From NCBI GenBank assembly GCA_963575745.1, contig CAUYUJ010000039.1:62001-119263 (forward strand): DNA of 57,263 nt, given 5' to 3'. Made by a program: the position numbers and the translations under genes. Shown one piece after another: positions 1 to 11,961 of the stretch. This DNA is from Prorocentrum cordatum (taxonomy: Eukaryota). Under the pieces are notes generated by a model. That model worked only from the letters and a program-made list of their open reading frames with translations, was not told the DNA's origin and ran no database searches. Position 1 is the stretch's first letter. The number at the start of each line of letters is the position of its first letter.

Positions 1-960
1 GAAATCTCTGAGAATCGGCGGGTTTGGAGGATGTATTGGGCGCCGCGGCCGCTCCAGAGCGTTCCGGAACGCTCTGAGAGCGCTCCGGAACGCTCTGGAG
101 CGATTTATCCCGATCCTAGCCCTGTTTTAAGTTTACGCAATCCATCCGGCTCGTCTTCATCCTGCTCCCCTCGTGTCCTCCTCCGCCGCCCCCCCCCCTT
201 ATAGCACTCCTCCGCCTCGCTGCCCCCCGCCTTCCCCTCTCCGCCCCTGCTCTCTCAGCAGCTTCCTCCCCCTCTCTCCTCGCGGTGCCATGCCCTCGCT
301 CTCTTCTAATCCCCGCCGCCTCCTCGTATCGGGGCCAGGCAGGGTAAGATCCGTCGTCCTTCATGGCCGTACCTTCCTCGGTTCCTCGGTATCCCCTTCT
401 CCTTAGCTTCCTCCACCCTTCTCCTTCCTCGCTTCTCCTTTTCTCTTTCCTCCTCTGTCTATGTCATCCTTCTCCCCTTTCTGTGTGACGTTGTTCTATA
501 CGACTCAACATATTCCTCCACCTCCTTGTTCGTTCCCCTCCTCTATTCGCATCTTCCCGACTTATGCAGCATCGTATTTGTTCCGTGACGTGAGCCCCCA
601 GACCTCTTGACCCCATCCCCGCGGACCCTTGTCTTGATTGTTGGTAGTTCTCTGATGGCCGTGGGCCCGTCTCAGACTTCTCGACACTGGGAAATGGGCC
701 TCCGAGCTTCTCTTGACGAAGGACGTCCTTGGCTCGTCGGCCGAGGCTGTTGTCCAGAGGCGACACTTGCAAAATGCTCGTGTCGTTTCTGTCTTCACGA
801 AGGGGGTTTTGGTTCGTCCTCGTCCACCTCCTGGTGCTCCTTGGCCGAGGCGGTCTGCCAGAGGGCCAACACCTTGAGATCGGTCGTACCGATGTTCTCG
901 TGACGAAGGGGATCTGGAATCTGGACCTTCCTGCCCCCCCCTCCTTCAAGGACAACGTTA

Positions 961-1129
961 CAGTGCCGTTTTAATACATGCTCCGCGTGCGGATCATGTA
1001 GTAAAAATGCAGGGGGTAGCATTAAACACAACGATGAGTTCATGTAACATGTATAAGTGTGCTCATACATTGATCATGTATTAAAAGTCCCAGATGTTTA
1101 AAATCCTACGTATTAAAAAAACAGCACTG
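961..1129. mobile_element. Tc1/mariner-type MITE (family A), TA-flanked
   Basis: TA|CAGTGCCGTTTTAATAC ... GTATTAAAAAAACAGCACTG|TA, i.e. TIRs with CAGTG ends and TA on both sides. A second copy lies at 51368-51529. Confidence 0.8.
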
Positions 1130-1714
1130 TAGGGGGGACGGGCTCAGGCAGGGGAAGGGATACGCATCAACCCCAGATCGCTCATTGATCGCTGATAGGG
1201 GCCCGATAACCCACTCCGCCCAGGAACGTGCGGAGTCGCTGTCGGGGGCCCATCGCCGATCTATCGGCGATGTGTCGCCGATGCAAGGTCGATGCTTCCT
1301 CCCTTGAGCCGCTCCTCTCTATCTCCTCCCAGACGTCCAACGATTGGTGCTTGCCCCAGACGGCGCGACCCCTTCCCTGGGGGCAGCTTTCGTCCCGGAT
1401 GCGTTCGTCACGGCCCCGTGGCCCCGCGAGAAGGGCCTGAAGGTCGAAATCGAGGGACAACTGCCGGTTCCGTTTCGCTGGAGATCTGGGGTTGGCCCCC
1501 CTCCTGCTCCTCGGCCGACACCGACACCAAGGACGTCCTCTCCCTCCTCCTCCTGATCCTCCTCGTCCTCCTCCTCTCCTCCAAACTTTTTACGTGCCTC
1601 ACTGTGCATGTATTCAGACGAGCCAGGTCCGCGAGGCCACGGCGTCACCCACTTGGCCGGAGCCAGGCCCAGACATTGTCCGCAACGGCGGTTGCCTCGC
1701 ATCGCATCGCCCAG

Positions 1715-1775
1715 GCAGCTCATCAGCTTCGCGCGCAACGTCGTGAGGGGGCCGAAGCTGCTGCTCCTGGACGAG
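1715..1775 (+). CDS. ABC transporter (ABCC/MRP-like) NBD exon: post-signature helix and Walker B
   Basis: Translates (R)QLISFARNVVRGPKLLLLDE. CCCAG acceptor before it and a GC donor after it. Splices in frame to 10097. Confidence 0.75.
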
Positions 1776-2111
1776 GCCCCAGGGCCCTCCCGGCCCCGAC
1801 GCCTCCGGGGTAGGGGGGCGGCTCGGCGGGCGGCGTCTGGCAGCAGCCGCGAGGGGGCGGCTCTCCAGGACACGTAAGTCTGTTAGTAAAGCGCGCGGGC
1901 CCGGTTTCCCCACGACATCGGCGCGATCCGTCGCCAAGCGAGGGGGCACGGGCCTCATGTTTCGGGGGTGCCTTCCCCGATCCGTGGATCCGGCGCGCAC
2001 GTTCCAGATCCACAGCTCAGCTCCCTGATCCATGCTGGCGTGCGCGCGAGGGTCGGGGAGGAGGCGCAGGCTTGAGGGAGGAGGGGTAGCAGGAAGAAGA
2101 GAGGAGGAGCC

Positions 2112-2245
2112 CCCTGGCATCGCTCGGACGTGTGCATTTTTCCTTCGGCGAGGACCATCGAGGAGCATCCTTGAGCATTTGGCGAAAAAGCCACGCACAA
2201 AACCAAAAAAAACACAGGGAATGGACGTCCGAGCGACGGCGAGGC
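2112..2245 (+). repeat. Dispersed ~130-bp repeat, copy 1 of 3
   Basis: GGCATCGCTCGGACGTGTGCATTTT...GGCGAGGACCATCGAGGAGCATCCTTGA recurs at ~48086-48215 and ~55026-55155. Confidence 0.8.
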
Positions 2246-3991
2246 CCCGACTTCCTCCCGTTGGGGTGCAGCCCTCGGGGGACGAGCGCTTGCAGAAGCA
2301 GAGCCTTTCGGAGGTCCGCGCGGATTTCCTGGATCTGCGCTGGACCCCACGGCGGCGCCGCCAGCGCCGCCCATGGCGCGCTGCGCGCGTCAGGGAGGGG
2401 GTCCAGCGCCGATCCAAGAAATCTGTGCGCACCTCCAGACATTTCTGTTTATGCCAGTGCGTGTTCCCCGGAGCTCCCTCCCAAATTAAGAATCGGCGCT
2501 GGTATACCCGTGGACGAAAGCCGGCCCAATCTGATGCAATCCCGCTAAATCCAGCTCAGTCCCGCTTCATTCAATTTCATCCCGTTTAATATGTGACTGC
2601 GCCCAGGCTTTATCCGGCCTGATCCGGCTCAATGGCACCTTAATCGGGCTTAGTCCATTTTCAATTTCCTGACAAAGATCTACCAGGAATTGCCTACTAA
2701 CTCCCGTCGCGAAGAAATGAGAAAATCACAACGGGAGTTGTTTGGGTGGCCCGCATCACCAGGCCCGTGATCTTCAAACACGACTCGGGATGGAAAGCCG
2801 GTCGCCAGGACGAGGTCCAGACCTCCGGGGAGCCGCGTTGTGGCGTCGGATGTTTGGGGAGTAGGAAGGGGAGAGGAGGAAGGAGGGAGGGGGAAGCAGG
2901 AAAGGAGGGAGTGGGGTCGGGAGTCCCGGGGAGAGCTCAAGACGTCCATTAGGGCCCCCTCCCCTGGTCCCTTCCCGCCAGCACGGCAGGGCAGCGGGAG
3001 GGACCCCTCCTAACCGCACTTTTGTGTCTAAGGCCCACAGGCCGTCAACCAAATCTTCCCGCGGTGAAATGCAGACTGCCGCAGGAACAGGGTCGAGAGT
3101 TCAAGACATCAGGGGCCCCCTCCCCCAGTCCCCTCCCCTGCGGCTGACAAGGGAGGGGGGAGGGGGGAGGGGGGAAGGGAATGGTGGGGCGGCGGGAGGG
3201 ATCTTCAATAACCACACGGTGGCAATCGAGGAGCATGCAAGGATAATGCACTTCGCGTGTGTTACGATCGATTTTGTCAATCGGCCAGGCAGCCACAGAG
3301 AGGCACCAAAGAATTAGCAAATGTATTGACGATTTGCACGTGGAAGCCGCCGTGGAGCAGATACACGGGAACGCAAACCCTTGTGCGAAAGTGCCATTCG
3401 GAATTTACAAGGGAGACACGGCCTACAAACACTCATCCCCGAGCGGTTCCACCATCTACTGGGCCTCTCTGGGGATCCTGCATGTAGTTGACCACGATGG
3501 ACAAGTTCGTGTAGTGCTGAATTGGATGTGCTGCTTTTGTAGCGATCGCGGCCTCCGCATTCCCAGGAAATTCACAGACCGTCGCCATCACGACGCGATT
3601 CGTCGGAGAGTTCGCGGGCCAGAAAAGTCTTCTCAACGGTACATGTCCAAACAGCTGTCATGTGATGCGCCATAATCACCAACATCAGACCCTCATGTCG
3701 GTTGAAACGTCTGAGGTCACAGGCAGAGGCAGATGATCAGCACTGAGCCGCTCGCCAGAGGCGTCGGCATTCCGGGGCAGGCATCGCGGCTGATCACAAG
3801 TCCACCGCAGGCGAGGCCGACATCAACCAAGAGCGGGGGACCCCACATCACAGTAATATCGTCAAACGTTGATGGTAGGCCACGGGGAGGGGCGAAGGGG
3901 TTTGCAGATCAGTATGAGCGGCGGTTCTCATTGTACATGCCAGATCGCACCTCGTTCGCGGCGGCACGACCGTAGTGATGACGTATATCTA

Positions 3992-4001
3992 TTGGCTCAA
4001 G
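3992..4001 (+). other. Relic dinoflagellate spliced leader (3' end)
   Basis: TTGGCTCAAG equals the last 10 nt of DinoSL (DCCGTAGCCATTTTGGCTCAAG) and lies 36 nt upstream of the ATG at 4038. Confidence 0.6.
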
Positions 4002-4037
4002 TGAAGGCTTTAGCCAATTCTTCGCGACGAGGGTCCC

Positions 4038-5210
4038 ATGCGCCGCTTGCAGCGCTGCGTGCGCGAAGGGTCTCCTGGGATTTCGGTCGGCGCTGCCTTG
4101 TTGGCTGCTCTGGCTGTCCTTCGCCACGGCGCCGGCTTCTGCGGTCCTGCACGCTCTGCGCCCGCTCGTTGCTGCCCAGTGCCCGCCGCGAGCCAGATGA
4201 GGGACGCGGACCCCGCATGCGACGGTCGCCGTCTGCGAGTCGTTTCCTACAACGTCTGCGGCCTGGGCGCGGGCTTCGGCCCGCCCGACAACGATGCCGT
4301 GACTCGCGCGTACGGCTTGCTGCTGTCCAACCTGAGGCGCTTGAAAGCTGATGTCGTGTGCCTGCAGGAGGCCCGGCGGCTCCCCATCATCGATCCAACG
4401 GGGAGGGAGCGGGAGGACAGTTTGGATGCATTGGCTTCGGACTTGGGCATGCAGCTGAGATTCTCACATGCGACACCGGGCTTCGAGAAGTTCGGCAATG
4501 CCATTCTCGTGGGGCCTGCCCTGGAGCTGCTGGACAGTGGGTCTGTGCACTTGGCTGGCGGCTCTGTCGTGAGAACGCCAGCTGGCGCTGAGAAGAAGAT
4601 TGTCCGCGGCTGCGTCGCCACTAGGCTCGCGCTCCAAGAGGAAAGCGATGATCCTGATCTGGTGTCTCGTGCATCTCAGTTCGCGGTTTTGGCGACACAC
4701 TGGGATCACATCTCAGAGGCGGAGCGGGTCATCCAGGCCGACAGTTTGCTTGCAAGCGTGGCCGACTTGACCGGAGGGCTGCCGCATCTGCTAGTTGGCG
4801 ACCTGAACGCGATGAAGCGGGCCGACTACACGAGCGAAGAGTGGTCGGCCCTGCAGGAGCGGAACGCGCAGAGAGGCTGGGCACCCCTAGAGGACTCGCG
4901 TGCGTTGGCCGCGCTGGAAGCCTCCGGCTACTCCGACCTCCTCTCCGAAACCCTCGCCAGCCCTGCCGGCGCCGCCTCCGCCGCAGCGGCTGCGCCGGCG
5001 GCCCCGTTGGCCGCGGGCCGCTTCACGGCGCCCCGGCAGCCTCCGGTAAGGATCGACTTCGCCTACGCCTCGCGCGACTGGGGGCGCCTGTCTGCCGGCG
5101 GCGAGGGCGGTGGAGCCGGAGCGCGAGGGGCAGCGGCCTCTGCCTGGGTCGACGCCTCGGCGGAGGGGTCGGATCACCTTCCGCTGGTCGTCGACGCGGT
5201 CCTGCGGTGA
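4038..5210 (+). CDS. Endonuclease/exonuclease/phosphatase (EEP) family protein, intronless, 390 aa
   Basis: Ordered EEP motifs LRVVSYNV, ADVVCLQE, GNAIL, THWDH, LVGDLN, RIDFAY, SDHLPLVVD. Hydrophobic N-terminal stretch VGAALLAALAVL. Confidence 0.9.
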   Translation: MRRLQRCVREGSPGISVGAALLAALAVLRHGAGFCGPARSAPARCCPVPAASQMRDADPACDGRRLRVVSYNVCGLGAGFGPPDNDAVTRAYGLLLSNLRRLKADVVCLQEARRLPIIDPTGREREDSLDALASDLGMQLRFSHATPGFEKFGNAILVGPALELLDSGSVHLAGGSVVRTPAGAEKKIVRGCVATRLALQEESDDPDLVSRASQFAVLATHWDHISEAERVIQADSLLASVADLTGGLPHLLVGDLNAMKRADYTSEEWSALQERNAQRGWAPLEDSRALAALEASGYSDLLSETLASPAGAASAAAAAPAAPLAAGRFTAPRQPPVRIDFAYASRDWGRLSAGGEGGGAGARGAAASAWVDASAEGSDHLPLVVDAVLR

Positions 5211-5504
5211 GCGCCGGGCCACCGCCTCGGAAGCTGCGCCGTGAATCAGGAGGGGGAAAAACACACAGACACAATGAATCCTCGACTCCGAAGAGAATAT
5301 GGGAAAATATGGGAAGTGGGGGGGGAGACAAAACCCAAGAAAATATGGGAAACTATGAGGCATCTTTTTATTTGTGTGTATCTATTTGTGTGTCCTTGGG
5401 CCCCTTGAGTGAAGAAGTTCGCTGGAACAGGCTTCTGGTGAGTCTTCGGCCTTCGGGGGGCCCATGCCAGGCCCCAGAGCTGTCAAAGGCGTAGAGGTCA
5501 GCCA

Positions 5505-5662
5505 CGCGCAGAGGGGGGTGGGGGGAGGGGGGAGGGCTTCTTCGAAGCACGCCTGCTTCTTTAGAAGGCGCGGGCCGTATCTATAGATGTGAGGCCGGCG
5601 CTTTTTCAGAAGAATCCTCCTGCTAAGAAGCCCACCCCCCTCCCTCCACCCCCTTGTGCGCG
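5505..5662. mobile_element. Foldback/MITE-like element with ~36-bp imperfect inverted ends
   Basis: CGCGCAGAGGGGGGTGGGGG...AGGGCTTCTT is the inverse of AAGAAGCCCACCCCCC...CCCCTTGTGCGCG. No clear TSD. Confidence 0.45.
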
Positions 5663-5782
5663 CCGCCAAAGAGGAGCACGAAAACACGCCTGCACATGCG
5701 CAAGCCGTTCCCCATGGCGCGCTCCGCGCGCCATGGGTGCTCCGGCGCCGACCCACAAATTTCCGCGCGGAGCTCCGAGAGT

Positions 5783-6003
5783 CTCCTCCTCCCTCCTCCT
5801 CCCCCTCCTCCTCCTCCTCCCTCCTCCTCCTCCTCCTCCCCCTCCTCCTCCTCCTCCCTCCTCCTCCTCCTCCTCCTCCTCCTCCTCCTCCTCCTCCTCC
5901 TCCTCCTCTCCTCCTCCTCCTCCATCCTCCTCCTTCCTCCTCCTCCTCCTCCTCCTCCTCCTCCTCCTCCTCCTCCTCCTCCTCCTCCTCCTCCTCCTCC
6001 CCT
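5783..6003. repeat. (CCT)n microsatellite
   Basis: Direct reading. Similar tracts at ~30105-30330, 43000-43200, 45620-45662 and 47780-47910. Confidence 0.95.
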
Positions 6004-9000
6004 CTATGTTCGGCGGTTTTTTCTTCCTCTGAATCGGGGAGCGTAAGGCTCGAGTAAGCCAGAACTCGGGGTTTGCCGACATTCTTTGACGAGCGAGTAC
6101 TGGATTTTGACGGTTCCGTTTTCATGGGTTGTTTGCAGCGGGAGCCCGCTTCAAATTTCAGGTTTGGTCTCGTCATTTTCATTGATGGCCCCTTCAGGCC
6201 AACCCGAGTCCCTCGAACCCGAGTCTTACGTCTCCCCGACTCAAGCGACTCATGATGAGCAACCATCGGTCGTTGAAAGTAGTTATTTTTGGATTTCCCG
6301 ATTCCAACCTACTCTGAGGGCCTTCCTACTTCCATGATCGATTGGCTTCACCTCTTCCGTCCTCCTTAGGGGGCGGGCACAGGGACAGGGGGGGGTACGA
6401 AATCTGCTGCATGCAGCTGGTTTCGGCCCCACCGAGGGGCCCGTTCCTCGATACATGGCCGCCTCCCGGCGCCGGGAAAATCAGCTGCGTGAGCTGATTC
6501 TCACCCCCCCCTTTGCACCTCCCCTTTCGCCCAGCCAGGGAGTAGCCTGTCGCAGGGCGGGGGGTCGGATTGTGGGGGGGCCACGCCGTGAAGGCGATGC
6601 GGTGTTCTGGAGGTCAATGGCCGTCGCGGTGGTCCGTGCCCCTGCCCTCGCGGGCTGGGGTTCCGTTCGGGCATGGCCTGCTACAGTTGTGGAGGGCGAT
6701 CAGTGGAGGGGCAGCATGCCGCCGAACAATTTCCAGATGTCTAAAACATGTTTCGAACATGTTGTAAATATGTATAAACACATGTTTAGAACATGCTTTA
6801 CACATTCTGAACACATGTTTAATTCAATGCTCGGATTGTTAGGGTGCCCATTGTCATGACATCCACAACTCTACAGAAGGAGTATTCAAGAAGAGTCAAC
6901 AAATAGTCTTGGGACGACTTGTCGTGCTCTTTTGGCGAGATCTGAGTGAGTATTTGTGGCTATTTTCTATGTTTTCTTCGAGAATCCGCCCGTAGGAGGA
7001 CGTGGCCGACCTAATTAAGTCTGGGTGCCCGAGGCGAAGTTCCATGGGCACGTTCCGCGGATAAGGTTGCCCACCGACGGTTCATTCGTTGATCCTCTGA
7101 ACTTTCTCAGCGGACTCGGCTGGTCGCTGTACGTTCACACGCGTACATGTGTTCGTTTGTGGCTGTGTGTTGGGGCTTGAGCGCGCCTGCAAGCATAGTA
7201 TGTGCATTTTGTTTTGTCAGCCACTGTTCATTCACAGCTGAACATGTACTCAGGATGCTTGCATCGAGTTCGCACGCCTTGTCAGCGGGGCACTTTCGTG
7301 CAGCAGGTTTTTGTATAACTGCCGACAAGGCGAGGTCCAGGGGGCGGTACATGTGACATGCTGTTCGGAGGTTCAAAAAGGCCGTATCATGTGACAGATG
7401 TTTTCCCGTTGACCCAAAAGGACCGTGACGTGCACTAGTTTTCCGCTTCCCCAGTGGAGGCAAGGCGTTGACATGTGACATTTGATATCTCTACTGTTAG
7501 TGGATCGTGGGGTGCGAAATGGGCGCGCTTGGCCGTCCAAGAATTTGCTGGGAGGGGTTTTCTGGGGGGAGAGGATGTCTGTTGGCTTTTTGAAAGCAGG
7601 CCACGGGGCAGTCCATCGGGCTTCTGGGGGCCGCTCTGAGCCTGTCCTGGGCCGCCTTGGAGCAGTCGTAGGCTGTCTTGGGCTATGTGTCGTCGTGTGG
7701 CAATGGGGCTGGTTAGGGTGACCCGGGGGCATCGTGGGGAATGTCGCGTCACCTTGGAACAGAACAGGGCGACGCGCAGAATATTTTGTACCAGCTATTT
7801 GTGTTCAAAGTGTAGGCCTCTGCGGGTCTTCCTGAAGGGCCTCTCGGAGGCCTCTTGCTTCTTGGGCGCCGTTTGGGACCTCTGGGGAGCCTCTTGGGGC
7901 CTTCCTGCAGGCTGCCAGGGCTCCTTGTGTGGAGCCAGTGTTGTGCCAGCCTTGGCCTTGGCGGCCTTCTTGGGATGCTTTCGAATTCACCTTCAGCCCC
8001 CGTGCGGCATTGGGCATCACCGTGGAGGCGCCAGGGCTCCCATGGGTGCTCCTCGGCATGGCGGGGCGCGATGAGCGCAGAAGGTGCGACGGAGGAGGGT
8101 GGCCCTCACACAGCACGGATCCCCGACAGCACGGCCTCCTGCAAGGCGTCGAATAACGAAAGAGGGTCATACACGCAATTCCTCGGAGATCCGCGCTGGT
8201 TTCTCGGATCCGCAGTTTCCCCCCCGGCGGCGCCTCCGTCGCCGCCCTGGCGCGCTCCGCGCGCCAAGGAGTGGGGGTCCAGCGCAAATCCAAGAAGTCA
8301 GCGTGGGCCTCCGAGATATTATGCTCAAACACAAAGTTGTTGTTGGCTACTGTAACTTTGACACGCCTCAGTGTGCTGGAGAGCGCGGTGGCGGATGTCA
8401 GTTTGGATGTGCACGCACATTACGTGCGGCCCGTGCGGCTACGCTCCGTCTGTGATTATGTGTCTACCCGCTTCGATGGCACATCCTTTCTTGGACATCT
8501 GTCACGACGAAACCCATCTCTGCCGCACGGGGGTGATCGCATCAGGTGGGCCCATCATGATTAGTCCGCGCATCTCACACTTGGGATTACGTCACGCCCA
8601 TCTCCCCTGGGTACGCCCCCAGTGAATTGTTGTGTCATGCCATTTGCATTTTAAAATTGTTTCCGAGCCCTTTCAAACGAGTATGTCTTCAAATATTTGA
8701 GGGTCTGTCGCCAACATTGAAGCGACACGACACGAGCCTTCACATATGATGAATGTGTAGGTGCTTGCATAAATTTATATTTGCGCACACATAGAGGGAC
8801 GCATGTATCATGATGGAATGCGCCATGCTGGAAACATCTACACCCACTAGTCTGAACCTTCCCCCCCCAACATTGCGGCTGCACGTGACACTTGGCGTAG
8901 TAGGGCGATTGTAACGGTGCACATGCATTTGGGAGCGCACGAATTATGTAGCCTTATGGCCACACATGTGCGTGTGTGTACACCTGCAAGTTTGCCCATA

Positions 9001-10096
9001 TTCATCAAACGTGGATGCGGATGTAACTGCATACGTCGGTATACATCGATGCGCACACGCGTGCGCATGACGTCATATATACATGTGGTCATTCACCAAT
9101 GCAATATTCACATATAGGTGTAAGTGACTGTGGTAATACATGCAGCCGCGTGTGTGCACATGGGTCCGTACGCATATATCAGTATGATGGTTCACCGCGT
9201 ACGTTACGTTCGTTTCCATCGAATGGGCATGACATGCACAGCGGTGTTTGTGTGTATGCGTTCTCGGCCGCCGTACTTGATGTTCTCCGCCTCGTCGCTG
9301 CGCGCGAGGCCACGACCGCTCAATATGTGTGCGTCTGTGTGTGTGGATATGTCTGTGGGTTGGTGCAGCCATATTTATAAACACTGTCACAACTTTCCAG
9401 CGAATGCGATACATATCGAATGGCCTTCGGCACATCGCGCCACCGTGCCTGGGTTGTGGATCCGAGGCGTGTTGTTTGATGTTCGTTGGGATCTCGTCGA
9501 GGCCTCTTGGGAGCCTCCTCGAGGCAGCTTTTAGGCTGGAGGTGTCGTGGGGCTTCTTTCGGGGGCCTCTTGGGGGCCTCTTGGGATCTCAGGTTGCCCA
9601 GCCCCCGCTGGCATGATTCCACCCCCGTCATGGTGTACCAGGGTTCGCCCGCCGAACAGGGCATCTCTCTGGATGTCTCGGAGCTTGGGAAGCTCGAACA
9701 GCAGGTACGGCAACCCAAGCAACAATCTCTCGGGGCCCTCTTGGGAAGGCTCTTGGGGCGTCTCGACTGCTTCCTGGGCAGTCGTTGGGCCATCGTGGGC
9801 GTCTTGGACCGATCGTGCGGCGATTCGGGGCCCCCTTGGCCCATCTGGGCTGCATCTTGGGGCCCTCTTGGCCCGCAAACAGAGATGCGACATTCGGGGG
9901 AGCCCAGGGGGTACGCCAGGAGCCCCGAGAGATTGAGAGCTAGGGACCTGGGCCCTGTAAAAGATCCGCAGGATTGAGGACTGATGCCAACAACTCGTGC
10001 CCTAGGGCACGGTGGCGGATCCCCAGCGTATATGATGCATGCAAAGATCGAAGCCCATGGTCCGTCTTTCTTATAGCTTGTCCATCCCACCCACAG

Positions 10097-10153
10097 GCCA
10101 CCAGTGCTATCGACCCCAAGGCACAGGAGACGTTGCAGGCGACCGTCGAGGAG
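10097..10153 (+). CDS. ABC transporter NBD exon: D-loop
   Basis: ATSAIDPKAQETLQATVEE. CCACAG acceptor and GC donor. Continues LLLLDE|ATSAID. Confidence 0.75.
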
Positions 10154-10541
10154 GCTTGAGGGATGGTGCGGGTCCGCAGGCTGCGAATCGCAACAGCACA
10201 AGAGCACAGTTTTTGTTAGACGGGGCGTGGGAGCAGAGCTCGTTGTGGACGGGTCAGTGCAATGCGGTGGCCTTGTTGTTCGGGGCTTCTCATTGGTCGA
10301 GCCCGCCTTAGAGCTCGGAGATCCTCGACCACGTTGAGCGCCGAAAGCCTCGTACTCCCCACTCCTTCTGCTGCTGCCCCCTCCTATCTTCTGCTGTCCC
10401 TTCGTCCGTCCTCGTCCTCCTCCGTGGCACTCGTGCCGCGCTGACCTCCTCTCTCGCTGCCGACCGCGGCCCATTCTTGCTGCCGCGGTCATGTTGCCGG
10501 CACCCGTCCAGATGCCATGCAGCACCAGGAGTGGGCGGGAG

Positions 10542-10586
10542 GCTTTCAAGGAGTCCACGATCATAGTCATCGCACACCGGCTGGAG
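10542..10586 (+). CDS. ABC transporter NBD exon: H-loop
   Basis: AFKESTIIVIAHRLE after an AG. GAGGCT occurs at both ends of the preceding intron. The 3' boundary is uncertain. Confidence 0.7.
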
Positions 10587-11311
10587 CCCTGCCCTTTCAT
10601 AAGAGGTGGATGGGGAAGAGGAGGAGGCGGATGATTAGCGGAAAGAGGGTCATGCGTGTTGGGAGGCATGGCCGATCGAGGAGGGCCACCTTTCGCGTGA
10701 TGGTCCGAGGGTGCAGTCCAGGGAGGGTGCCCGAATTCGGCAGACGGTTTCGAGTGGAGCCGTCAGGAAGAGGAGAGGGAGGCTGTGGACGTTGACGAGT
10801 ATGGGCTTGTCAGTTGCAGCAGTCTTTCGACCATGTCGACCATGCATTCATTCAACGACGAGGTGTAATCAGTGTTTGCTTGCGTGGTGCACCTTCTAGC
10901 TTGGGGGAGTGGTAGTGGAGAAGACAGGACACTGGCAAGACTCAGCTGCGGCCCGTCAAAGTTATATTTCTGTGAGCCTGCCTCTACTGTTTCGTGTGAA
11001 TCTGCGCAGCCGCTCCCTGATTTCGCCATTTGGGCACTGCACACGAGTTGATTGTTGCACGCTTGCGTTCCAGATGCCACGTTGAGCTGTGCCGCAAGCC
11101 ATCGCGAACTGGGGCTGCTCAAACGCACAGCAAGCCGCGCACATTGTCCCAAGCCTTGCTTCCTTTAACGAGATTCCCATTCCTGTTGTGCTGTATATAT
11201 ATATATATATGCATATAGAAAACATCTGTGTATACAGCATATATGTATAATTATATATATTACAGTGGACGTAATTATGATACCGGAGAAAAGCCTCATC
11301 AGATATTGTTT

Positions 11312-11820
11312 GGGGCTATGGGGCTACAGGACTATAGGGCTATAGGGCTATGGGGCTATAGGGCTATATGGGCTATATGGCTATAGAGGTATAGTGCTAT
11401 TGGGCTATAGGAGCTATAGGAGCTATAGGACTATAGGGCTATAAGACTATAGGGCTATAAGGCTATAGAGCTATAGGGCTGTAGGGCTATAGGGCTCTAG
11501 AGCTATAGGGCTCTCGGGCTCTAGGGCTATAGGGCCATAGAACTATAGGGCTATAGGGCCATCGGGCTATTGGGCTATATGGCTATATGGGCTATATGGG
11601 CTATAGGGATATTGGGCTATTGGGCTATAGAGCTATAAGGCTATAGGGCTACATGGCTATAGGGTACCCGGGCACCCCCGGGGACCTCCGGGCACCCCCG
11701 AGCACCCGGGCACCCGGGCACCCACGGGTACCTGGGCACCCGGCCACCGGCCACCGAAATCCTGGGGTACCGGGCAACCACGGGCACCTGGGCACCCAGC
11801 CACCGGCCACCGAAATCCTG
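11312..11820. repeat. (GGGCTATA)-type minisatellite followed by GGGCACCCG repeats
   Basis: Direct reading: 8-9-bp units to ~11663, then GGGCACCCG-like units. Confidence 0.9.
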
Positions 11821-11920
11821 CCGGACAAATCTTAACCCTTTAGAATCCGCTAGGACCCCTACAGAGGCAAACTCTAATTGTTATATGTGTGTGTGTGAGT
11901 GTGTGTGTGTGTGTGCGTGC

Positions 11921-11961
<41 letters not shown>

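Noticed and set aside
1333..1390. Possible ABC signature exon (VLAPDGATPSLG)
   Set aside because: Only a loose resemblance to GxNLSxGQ, and it does not splice cleanly to 1715.
10715..10745. Possible further ABC exon GRVPEFG
   Set aside because: Too short, the intervening exon was not found, and it could be chance.
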